In this document: piece after piece, positions 53,222 through 64,000 of the stretch
How positions within the stretch are numbered: the first letter of the stretch is position 1
Layout of the letters: each line of letters starts with the position of its first letter
Source: Octopus sinensis
Taxonomy: Eukaryota
Direction of reading: 5' to 3'
Assembly: GCF_006345805.1 (NCBI RefSeq)
Contig: NC_042998.1
Location: 155,434,001-155,498,000, forward strand
Length of the DNA: 64,000 nt
Made by a program: the position numbers and the translations under genes
Notes under the pieces: model-generated
Databases searched by the model: none
What the model was told of the DNA's origin: nothing
The model's input: only the letters and a program-made list of their open reading frames with translations

Positions 53222-53310
53222 GCAAGATTTTTTATGTGAAGTCGTGTGTTGAAACAGATATTGTTATATTTCGGAATGGTCATATTGCCAGTTTAGCCAA
53301 TAAAAACACA

Positions 53311-54100
53311 CAGATATCTATAGAATGCCATATTAATATGGCGATAATTAATTTCCAGTAAACGCTGCCGTAATCTCTTTTATAGAGACTTAGTAATTTT
53401 AATATTTCTAATATATATATGTGTTATATATATATATTATATATACATATATATTATATATATATATATATTAAATTTACTAAGTCTCTATAAAAGAGAT
53501 TACGGCAGCGTTTACTGGAAATTAATTATCGCCATATTAATATGGCATTCTTATAGATATCTGTAGCTGTCGGATTGGCAGTGTGAAGTGGCTGACCTCC
53601 CTTGTTCGAAGTTTATAATGGATACAGATCGTGTATCAATAGCTATCTTGATGGCAGTGGCCTCATGGAGCTGACCAACGGCAACGATTATTTTTATATC
53701 TATAAATGCCATATTAATATGGCGATAACAATTATTTCCAGTAAACGCTGCCGTAATCTCTTTTATAGAGACTTAGTAATTTTATATTTCTATTATTGAA
53801 AAACAAGTGGATGTATTCCACTGAAACTAGGTAAATAGAAACCTTCGAACAGAGACGTCAGTGGCGACACCTCGGGTCTGACTGCGCTACATTGACAAGG
53901 GGCAATACCCCGAAACGCGTCTGTAGCTGTCGGACTGGCAGTGTGAAGCGGCTGACCTCCCTTGTTCGAAGGTTATAATGGATACAGATCGTGTATCATT
54001 AGCTATCTTGATGGCGGTGGCCCTGGCATGGAGCTGACCAGCGGCAGCGATTATTCTTATATCTATAAGAATGCCATATTAATATGGCGATAACAATTAA
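53311..54100 (+). repeat. Non-coding 360-bp tandem repeat (1.5 units) preceded by a 92-bp inverted-repeat hairpin; PLE pseudo-LTR or retrozyme-like
   Basis: ctgtagctgtcgga at 53561 and 53921; arms 53311-53402 and 53471-53563 are inverted. Confidence 0.8.
53886..53927 (+). ncRNA. Minimal type-I hammerhead ribozyme motif
   Basis: Helix I gctaca/tgtagc; core UUGACAA; helix II gggg-caata-cccc; GAA; palindromic helix III acgcgt; GUC cleavage triplet (C at 53921). Confidence 0.72.
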
Positions 54101-54249
54101 CATATATATATATATATATAATATACATATAATATATAAATATATAATATATACATATAATATATAAATATATATATATATATATAGATAATATATAAAT
54201 ATAATATATAATATATATATATATATCTCATTTATTTCTCATTTATTTC

Positions 54250-54640
54250 TCATTTACTTGTTTCAGTCATTTGACTGCGGCCATGCTGGGGCACCGCCTT
54301 TAGTCGATCAAATCGACCCCGGAACTTATTCTTTGTAAGCCCAGTACTTATTCTATCGGTCTCTCTTTTGCCGAACCGCTAAGTGGCGGGGACGTAGACA
54401 CACCAGCATCGGTTGTCAAGCAATGCTAGGGGGACAAACACAGACACACAACACACACACACATATATATATATATATACGACAGGTTTCTTTCAGTTTC
54501 CGTCTACCAATCCACTCACAAGGCATTGGTCGGCCGGGGCTATAGCAGAAGACACTTGCCCAAGATGCCACGCAGTGGGACTGAACCCGCAACCATGTGG
54601 TTGGTTAGCAAGCTACTTACCACACAGCCACTCCTGCGCC
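54250..54640 (-). mobile_element. Full-length tRNA-derived SINE
   Basis: Head ggcgcaggagtggctgtgtgg...gggttcagtccc; tail ...cagcatggccgcagtcaaatgactgaaacaag. Confidence 0.85.
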
Positions 54641-55276
54641 TATATATATAGATATCTATATTATAGATAATATATAAATATAATATATAAATAATATATA
54701 TATATAGATAATATATAAATATATATATATACATAATATATAAATATATAATATATACATATAATATATAAATATATAATATATACATATAATATATAAA
54801 TATAATATATACATATAATATATTAATATATAATATATACATATAATATAAATATATAATATATACATATAATATATAAATATATATAATATATACTATA
54901 ATATATAAATATATAATAATACTATAATATATAAATATATAATATATACATATAATATATAAATATATATATATAGATAATATATAAATATATAATATAT
55001 ACATATAATATATAAATATATATATATATATATATAAAAAATATATATATATAGATAATATATAAATATATATATATACATATAATATATAAATATATAT
55101 ATATATATATATAAATATATATATATAATATATATATAATATATATATATAATATATATATATATAATAAAATATAAAAATAAATAATATATATAATAAT
55201 ATATAAATAATATATATATATATAATTATATATAATATATAATATATATAATATATATATAATATATATATATAAA

Positions 55277-55339
<63 letters not shown>

Positions 55340-55371
55340 ATATATATATAATATATATATAATATATATAT

Positions 55372-55416
<45 letters not shown>

Positions 55417-55460
55417 ATATATATATATATTATATATATATATATATATATCTATATATA

Positions 55461-55504
<44 letters not shown>

Positions 55505-55530
55505 TCTATATATATAATATATATATATCT

Positions 55531-55562
<32 letters not shown>

Positions 55563-55568
55563 ATATAT

Positions 55569-55599
<31 letters not shown>

Positions 55600-55645
55600 C
55601 TAATATATATATATATATATATTATATAATATATTATATATATAT

Positions 55646-55677
<32 letters not shown>

Positions 55678-55695
55678 ATAATATATATATATTAT

Positions 55696-55748
<53 letters not shown>

Positions 55749-55799
55749 CTAATATATATATATATAAATATATATATATATTTAAATATATATATATAT

Positions 55800-55830
<31 letters not shown>

Positions 55831-55890
55831 ATATATATATAATATATATATATAATATATACATTAATATATATATAATATATATATATT
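54640..55890. repeat. ~1.25-kb degenerate (TA)n microsatellite
   Basis: Almost pure A/T alternation. Confidence 0.97.
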
Positions 55891-57420
55891 TTCCTTTTTC
55901 TCTCTAGTTTCAGCTCAGAGCTGCGGCCATGCTGATGCACCGCCGTTTTGTGCTACACTGTTATTACGAAGAACCTCGTCTAATATGTGGCACTTGGTGA
56001 AGAATGGCGTTTGATATAGCTACTCTCATTTGCACCTCTTGCCATGAGGTAGGTTCATCTGGGACTCTCGACAGGAAGATGTCCAGCTTTGATTTAAAAA
56101 CCGCTACATCTACTTTGTGCAAGTTCCTCAGACTCTTTGGGAGAATATTAAAAAGCTGTGGGCCCTTGAAACCCAGGCTGTTGCAGAAGCTGGTCCTGAA
56201 GCATGATGGCATTGCTGGGATCTTTGGCACTATGCAGTGTCGTCCCGTTCTAGCATTGGTGTAGCTTACAATGCCAAAATTTGGCACAATTCCTTCCAGG
56301 ATCTTCCAGACATATATTACCGCATACCTCTCCCGTCTTCTCTCCAGGGAGTAGAGTCTTAGCTGTTTCAACCTTTCCCAGTAGCTGAGCTGTTCCAAAG
56401 AGACGATCTTCTTTGTGAATCTTCTCTGGATTGCTTCAAGGTTCGCTGTTGATTTTACACTGGTGGGTGACCATAGCTGTGAGCAGTAATCCAGGCGGCT
56501 GAGGACGAATGTCCGCCAGAGGGCCATCATGGTTTCCTTATCTCTGGTTCTGAATGTTCTTAGGATCCACCCAGCCAGTTGTCTGCACTTTGTCGCCATC
56601 CTGGTAATGTGCACTTGGAAAGAGGTATCATCACTCATGTCGATACCCAGGTCCCTCACAGACTTCGGCTCTGGGACCTCCTGTGGACCGGTGTATCCTG
56701 TAAGTTTAATATTCAGTTTTGGATGCTGGTAGCGCAGGGCCTGGAATTTTTCAGCATTAAACTGCATATTATTATCTTCAGCCCATCTGTAGATTGAGTC
56801 CAACTCCTACTGCAGGTGTGCAACATCGCTGGGGTTCTGTATTTTCTGCGATACTTTCGTATCGTCTGCATAGCTGGCCAGAGTGGCTATCCGGGCATTT
56901 GAGGGCATATCTGAGAGGGCCACTATAAAAAGCAGTGGTCCCAAGACAGTGCCCTGTGGAACACCGCTCACTATTTGTGTGTTCATAGAGGTGGCTCCAT
57001 TAACCACAACTGCCTGACTCCTATCTTTCAGGAAGTCATGTAACCACACTCCAAGTTTTCCAGCTATGCCGAGGTCACGCAGTTTGTGGCATATCATACC
57101 ATGATCCACCTTGTCAAAAGCTTTTGCAAAATCAAGGTAGGTTACGTCCACATTTGATTTGTTGAGTAACTGCCTCAACACCCAGTCATAATGTTCGAAA
57201 ACCATGCAAGTTATTTTCCTCAAGGAATGTGTTTAGTTTCTTTCTGACTATCCATTCCATTACTTTGCTGATGTGTGAAGTCAGAGAGATAGGACTATAG
57301 TTTTTGGCATCTGCTCTACTTCCCCCTTTATGTATTGGGCATATTATTCCCTCCTTCAGCTTGCTTGGCAGTTTGCCATTCGCAAGAAAGCTCTGGAAGA
57401 GAATCTTGAGGGCTTTTGCC
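55890..57420 (-). mobile_element. 5'-truncated CR1-type LINE (RT and C-terminus with 3' tail)
   Basis: NYSPISLTS, YLDFAKAFDKVDH, GVPQGTVLGPLLF, YADD, LDYCSQLWSP, LERRRER. Confidence 0.9.
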
Positions 57421-57447
57421 ATATATATATATTATATATATATATAT

Positions 57448-57738
57448 CACCGTGACCGACCAGACCATCAGATGTTGCCACACATCGCTGGTCACAATGC
57501 GTTCGCATTGTTTTAGAATGACATAACCCCGCTGGCTAAGCGAACAGGCCAACAGAAGAAAGAGTGGGAGAAAGAGTGGCGAAAGAGTACAGCTGGGACC
57601 ACCACCCCCTGCTGGAGCGTCGTGGAGCTTTTAGATGTTTTCGCTCAATAAACACTCACAACGCCCGGTCTGGGAATCGAAACCACGATCCTACAACCGC
57701 GAGTCCGCTGCCCTAACCACTGGGCCATTGCGCCTCCA
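57448..57738 (-). mobile_element. tRNA-derived SINE, second family
   Basis: Head ggaggcgcaatggcccagtggttaggg...ggtttcgattccc (boxes A/B). Confidence 0.8.
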
Positions 57739-57739
57739 C

Positions 57740-57872
57740 ATATATATATATAATTTATATATATATAATATATATATAATATATGGCCACAGCTCGTGAG
57801 CTGAAACTCGAGAAATAAAAAAAACCAAAATAAAATATAATATATATATATATATTATATATATATATATAT

Positions 57873-57905
<33 letters not shown>

Positions 57906-58027
57906 CATGATATATATATAATATATATATATATAATATATATATATATATATAATAATATATAATATATATATAATATAATATATATAATATATATATA
58001 TATATATATACGTGATATATATATAAT

Positions 58028-58070
<43 letters not shown>

Positions 58071-58128
58071 TATATATAATATATATATATATAATATATA
58101 TATATATATAATATATATGTATATAATT

Positions 58129-58173
<45 letters not shown>

Positions 58174-58187
58174 TATGTATATAATAT

Positions 58188-58234
<47 letters not shown>

Positions 58235-58258
58235 TATATAATATATATATATATAATT
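57740..58258. repeat. (TA)n microsatellite
   Basis: Direct reading. Confidence 0.95.
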
Positions 58259-58259
58259 A

Positions 58260-59585
58260 TATCATCATCATCATCATTGTTTAACGTCCGTTTTCCGTAC
58301 GAGCATGGGTTGGACGGTTCGACCGAGGATCTGGGAAACCAGAAGGCTGCACCAGGCTCCAGTCTTATCTAGCAATGTTTCTACAGCTGGATGCCCTTCC
58401 TAACGCCAACCACTCCGTGAGTGTAGTGAGTGCTTTTTACATGCCACCTGCACAGGTGCCAGGCGAGGCTGGCAACGGCCACGGTCGGATTGGTACATTT
58501 TACGTGCCACGGGCACGGAAGCCAGTCGAGGTGGCACTGGCATCGGCCACAATTCGGATGGTGCTTTTTACGTGCCACCGGCACAGAAGCCAGTCGAGGT
58601 GGCACTGGCATCGGCCACGATTCGGATGGTGCATTTTACGTGCGACCGGCAGAGAAGCCAGTCGAGGCGGCACTGGCATCGGCCACAATTCGGATGGTGC
58701 TTTTTACGTGCCACCGGCACAGAAGCCGGTCGAGGTGGCACTGGCATCGGCCACGATTCGGATGGTGCTTTTTACGTGCCACCGGCACGGAAGCCAGTCG
58801 AGCCGACGCTGGCATCGGCCACGATTCGGATAGTGCTTTTTACGTACCACCAGTCCAGGGGTCCTAGCATCTGCCGGTGCCAGTCATACGATTGGTTCAA
58901 TTTCGATTCCGATTTCGATTTCACTTGCCCCAAAAGGTCTTCGCAAGCAAAGGGGGGTTGGCATGGGTGCCTGTTGTCGGATGAGGTTCAATATCGACTT
59001 CTCTTGCCTCAACAGGTCTTTGTGTGTCCAAGGGAGGAAAGGCATGCATAAGTGGGCTGGACTCACTTGTCCTGCCTGGTCTTCTCACGCACAGCATATT
59101 TCCAAAGGTCTCGGTCGCTGGTCATTTCCTCAGTGAGGCCTAAAGTTCGAAGGTCGTGCTTCACCACCTCGTCCCAGGTTTTCCTGGGTCTACCTCTTCC
59201 ACAGGTTCCCTCAACTGCTAGGGATTGGCACTTTTTCACACACCTATCTTCATCCATTCTCGCCACATGACCATACCAGCGCAATTGTCTCTCTTGCACA
59301 CCACAACTGATGCTTCTTAGGTCCAACATTTCTCTCAAGGTACTAATGCTCTGTCGAGTATGCACACTGACATTACACATCCATCGGAGCATACTGGCTT
59401 CATTCCTCGCGAGCAGTCACAGCCCATGTTTCACTGCCATGTAGCATGGCTGTTCGTACACATGCATCATACAGTCTTCTTTTTACTCTGAGCGAGAGGC
59501 CTTTAGTCACCAGCAGAGGTAAGAGCTCCCTAAACTTTGCCCAGGCTATTCTTACTCTAGCAGTTACACTTTCAATGCACCCACC
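58260..59585 (-). mobile_element. RTE 3' fragment with a 68-bp minisatellite (~7 units) and (GAT)n tail
   Basis: ORF 59063-59392 near-identical to 2082-2543; repeats 58430-58850. Confidence 0.9.
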
Positions 59586-59619
59586 CCAACTACTGACTTG
59601 GTCCCATATATATATATAT

Positions 59620-61860
59620 ATATATACGAAAGAAGGTTTGAAAATGCAATTTAAAAGATGTTTATTTACTTTACCGGTTTCACTCTTTGGAAATAGATTG
59701 TCAAAAGTAACATGTGGAAGTTTGGTTGCATTAATTATTGGTTGTTGCAAATTGCTACATTACAAATATATACAGTCTTTGGTAACAGGGACATGTTAAG
59801 GACATAAAAAAGTTCAACAAGTTCCTTAAAATATTGGGCACAAAAGATTNNNNNNNNNNNNNNNNNNNNNNNNNNNNNNNNNNNNNNNNNNNNNNNNNNN
59901 NNNNNNNNNNNNNNNNNNNNNNNNNNNNNNNNNNNNNNNNNNNNNNNNNACAACTAAAGTTAGATTTGATCTTGAATTTCTGTCCCTCTTTAAAGATGAA
60001 TTCTGATCCTTCTAGCATTTGGACATGTTGCACAATTCAATCTACAATTTTTTTTTACTTTTGCATCCGTATTTCAGCAAACAATTTTGCCTTGTGAGAA
60101 TCTTTTTAAGTGATTTAGGTTGTTTGTAGCTTTTAATGATTCGGTGTATGTTTAGAATTTCCTTTAATTTGGGGTCCTTATGAAGTATTGGTAAATTCTG
60201 GGTGATGATGGTGAAGGCTTCTTTGTTTCTGGGGTTGTATGTAGATATGTAAGGTAGTATTTTCGGGGAAGGTGTGTTGTTTTGTTTTGAACTTTTCTTA
60301 AAGTTTCTATGTTGATTTCTGTTGCACGTCTGATCCCATCCTCTATGAGTTGAGCTGGGTAATGTCTGTCAATTAGGGTGTTTTTGAGTTCTTGCAGTCT
60401 AAGTTCCTGGTATTTTGTTCTGACACTATTGTGCATATCCTTCTTGCAAGGTTGAAGGGGATGTTTGTTTTAGTGTGTCTTGGGTGGCATGAATTAAAAA
60501 GAAGGTATTGTTTGGCGTCTGTGGCTTTGTAAAAAATGTCTGTTTCTATTTTAAGTTATTTTTTTAATTAGTATATCCAAGAACGGAGCTCCTTTTGGTT
60601 GTATTCCATTGTGAACTGTATATTTGGGTTTATGCTGTTCAATAGGTTTTTAAATTTTAGGAGTTTATCTGTGTTTCATTCCAGAGTATAAAACAATCGT
60701 CTAAGAATCGTTTCCAATTATCTTTTATGTATTGAGAAAGGGGGTTTCCAAAGATTGATAAAGATTCCTGGTAATGATTATTTCCATGTAGCCCATTGTT
60801 AGGTTCGCAATGACTGGTGCTGCCCTTGTACCCATAGCAATTCCGGATTTTTGACGGTAAAATGTATTGTCAAACATGAAGTGGTTATTATGTAGGATGA
60901 ATTCAATTGATTTAGTAATGAATTCTTTACTGATCCTTTTTGGTATTTCTTCCGGAAATTGGTCCAGCCAGAACTGTATTGCCTCTAGTCCATAATTATG
61001 AGGTATACTGGTATATAAGTTAACTACATCAAATGAAACCAAGATTGTTTCTTCCTTGGCTTTTTTTTGGAGGTGGTTTAACATATCTAAGTCATCTCTG
61101 ATATGGCTATCGATATGTTTAAGGAAGGGTTTCAGGAGGATGTCCATAAATAGACTTAGTCTGTGTGTTTCACAGGTTGGGCCAGCTACAATGGGTCGTA
61201 GTTTTAGGTCCCCCGGGTTAGGTGTGTGTATGTATGTCTTTGGTGATTTTTTAATGGTTTCATTTATAATTTGGCTTTTATGAATTTTGGCAGACCATAG
61301 AAAAGGCTAGGTTTGCATTTAAAGTTTGTTAGAAAGTCAATCTCTTTGGTTGTTAGTTCCTTTTCATGGGTTTTAATTAGTGAAGATAGAGTTTTCATTA
61401 TTTTTTGTGGGGTGTAGTTGGTAATTTTTTCATAATGTAGGTCGTCATCAAGCAAGGAAATTACAAAATTTCTATAGTATGATGTATCCATTATTACAAC
61501 TGCATTTCCCTTGTCTGCTTCCTTAATGGTTATATCCTCATCATTTTGAAGTTCTATCAGTTCCTTCCATTGTGTAGTGTTAAAATTTGAGTTAACTTTC
61601 TGTTTATGTATAGTATGGTAGGGAAAGTTCTCAATGTGGTTACAGAATTCATCAAGATCTTTATTTCTACCTCTGTGTGGGATGTGTTCACTTTTGTTCT
61701 TGACTAGTGATTCATCTTCAGTATTGAAACTGGTTGATGCTTCTGCTAGTCTTAATTTTCTGCAAAATTCTGTTATATTATTCTTGATTTCATTTAGGTT
61801 GGTTCTGCGTGGAGTTAGTGTAAATTTGAGCCCTTTTGAGAGGATGTCAATTTTTATAAT
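59620..61860 (-). mobile_element. Penelope-like element (same family as 24000-26400), spanning the gap
   Basis: FYGLPK, SFDVVNLYTSIPH, GIAMGTRAAPVIANL, FKIKSNFSC. Confidence 0.87.
59850..59949. other. Assembly gap (100 N)
   Basis: Run of N. Confidence 1.
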
Positions 61861-61899
61861 TAAATCATGATGATAATCATATTACATCTATTTTCAATG

Positions 61900-62100
61900 C
61901 TGCATGGGTTGGACAGACATTGGCATTGCAGTGTGATTAAGAAATTTGCTTCCTGACAACATGCTTTTGAATTGACTCTTGCTGCATGGCACCTTGGGTA
62001 ACTGTCTTCTACTATAGTTCCAGGGCACCCAAGCCTATGTGAGGGGATTTGATAGACAGAAACTGAAAACAGCTTGTACATGCGTGTGTTTGTCCGTCCA
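61900..62100 (-). mobile_element. Decayed SINE head
   Basis: ggcaccttgggtaactgtcttctactatag in reverse-compatible SINE context. Confidence 0.5.
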
Positions 62101-62829
62101 TATATGTATACAGGCATATGTATGTATATGTGTGCATATATATGTCTACATGTATATGCATGTATGTTTATTTATAAGAATAAGAGAAAAGGTTAGAAGG
62201 TAGATGTAAAAGGTGCAAGGGTGAAAACACAAGAAAATGAAAGGAAAAGGAAAAAGAAAAACAAAGGGAGAATTAAAGTTATGTCCCCTTTGATCATAAA
62301 GCCATAATAAGGCAGAACAAATAAGGGTCTACTGTGTGTGGTACAGACGCTCAATCCAAACAAAGTGTTACTTTCCAATACACCCACAGGAACTTATCTA
62401 TTTGCTTACATCCTCTGAAAGTCATCAGTGCTGTGCAGTTCTTGGATCTGGATCCATTTTAGAACAGCCTAAAGACTGTATGAAGGTACCAGGCATGTTA
62501 TGAAGTAGTACATATACATATGTATATGTATATACATGTACATATACATAAATGTAAAGGGTGCCATGGGTACACTGTCACTATTTTATAGTTTTAATTT
62601 TGCGCATGCACATTATTTGCTTTTGATTTTGTTGACTACACAGTATACTAGGGTCAATTGGGCACTGTCTGTGAGAAAAACAGCACCATGATGCAATTCA
62701 CTCTGCCAGAAATTTGGAAATAAAATGCTATTCTGCCAGAAGATCCAATACAAACATTTCAGAGTGTTTGAGCGTCAATCAGAGGACAGTGCAATCTGAA
62801 GAATATGTACCAAGAGTGATAAAAATCAA

Positions 62830-63358
62830 ATATCCAGTCAACGTGTTAGTGTTTGAAGTGTCTCCATTCATGCATAAGATCTGGTCGTAAAATCTAAGTA
62901 GAGATTTCAAACTTGAAATCTTCAAAGCCACAGTCGAACCAATCCTACTATATGGCTCAGAAACCTGGACGTTATTAAAGAAGCTTGAGAGGCGGTTGGA
63001 TGGAACCTACACTTGCCTCCTTATGAGAGCTCAAAATCTCTTGTGGAAGTGCCATCCAACCAAAATGCAAATATATGGGAAACTACCACCTGTGTCATCT
63101 CCTGTGAAAGGTAGGAGAGTCCAGTTTGCTGGACATTGTTGTAGAGCTGAAAAAGAAGTAATTTCTATCTTCTCCTCTGGAAGCCATCTACTCGCAATAC
63201 CAGAAGGCGCACACTCTCCTACCCTGATGTAATCTCCAGGGATACAGGCATCCAGCAACAGGACCTCCGTAATGCCATGATGGACTGTGAAGTCTGGCGT
63301 AGCATGGTAAATTCCATTGTCTCGACCACGGTCGAACAATGATGATGATGATGATTCA
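62830..63358 (+). mobile_element. RTE 3' fragment (second family) with (GAT)n tail
   Basis: FKATVEPILLYGSETW, RRVQFAGHC; matches 13262-13521. Confidence 0.85.
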
Positions 63359-63359
63359 T

Positions 63360-63810
63360 CTTCCCACACGGCCTCAGACTTAACACATCAAGTGCTTGGA
63401 GGAGGTAGTGCTGTCCTGGTTCAAGAGGGTGGCTGCTGGAAGACCCTATGTCTGGCAACAAAACTCTGCACCATGCCACACAAGCTCCTGCATGTGTAGC
63501 ATGGTGCACAGTTGTGGCTGTCAGACAATTTCTGTAACCACATCACCCCTAACATCTGGCCACCTAACTCCCCACACTGCAACTCCCTTGATTAATATGT
63601 GGGGGGGGGGGCAGTTGAGCGAGAGCCCAACAAAACTCTTTGTAACACGAAAGATGAACTGAAGGCAAGAATTATGGCAGCATTCACTAACTTAAACTAG
63701 AAGACCGTCCAGAAAAGTTGCAAGAGTTTCTGAAGTCATTTGGAGGTCATGGGTGAAGTCATCGGCGATTTTATTGAATAAATTTACTCTTTAGTATTTC
63801 AAGATATATG
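63360..63810 (+). mobile_element. Tc1/mariner-superfamily transposase C-terminal remnant
   Basis: YVWQQNSAPCHTS; frameshifted NIWPPNSP..CNSLD..YVWG; KDELKARIMAAFTNL. Confidence 0.75.
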
Positions 63811-63867
63811 AATGTGTTATTTTCATTATTTGCATAATTTAGACAACAGTTTATTTACCACACCCTT

Positions 63868-63899
<32 letters not shown>

Positions 63900-64000
63900 G
63901 AAATGAGGTAATCAGAAGATCGGATGGTTCATATTTACAGATATTTATTTATATATTACATTTTTTACATATATATATATCATATCAGTCAGATCATTAG

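Overview
AT-rich metazoan genomic DNA, almost entirely repeats. The SINE/LINE families and long (TA)n tracts suggest a cephalopod, probably Octopus (inference from recalled repeat families). The window looks mostly intronic. At least four short minus-strand exons with canonical splice sites (43981-44067, 41688-41786, 18983-19087, 8298-8385) point to an unidentified host gene. The introns contain: several RTE-clade LINEs, one near full length, with a PHD-type C4HC3 finger after the RT; CR1-type LINE fragments; about six Penelope-like element (PLE) copies or fragments with RT and/or GIY-YIG; a decayed Ty3/Gypsy element and a second Gypsy pol remnant; a full-length mariner with TIRs and TA TSD; a Merlin-like deletion derivative; tRNA-derived SINEs; a 1061-bp tandem duplication; and a 100-N gap. 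Best lead: a non-coding 360-bp tandem repeat (53561-54100) containing a complete minimal type-I hammerhead ribozyme. Its core has the compensatory U3-A8 pair, and the repeat starts exactly at the predicted cleavage site, making it a retrozyme-like candidate. PLE termini elsewhere carry other hammerhead-like variants. All identifications are by eye; no searches were run.
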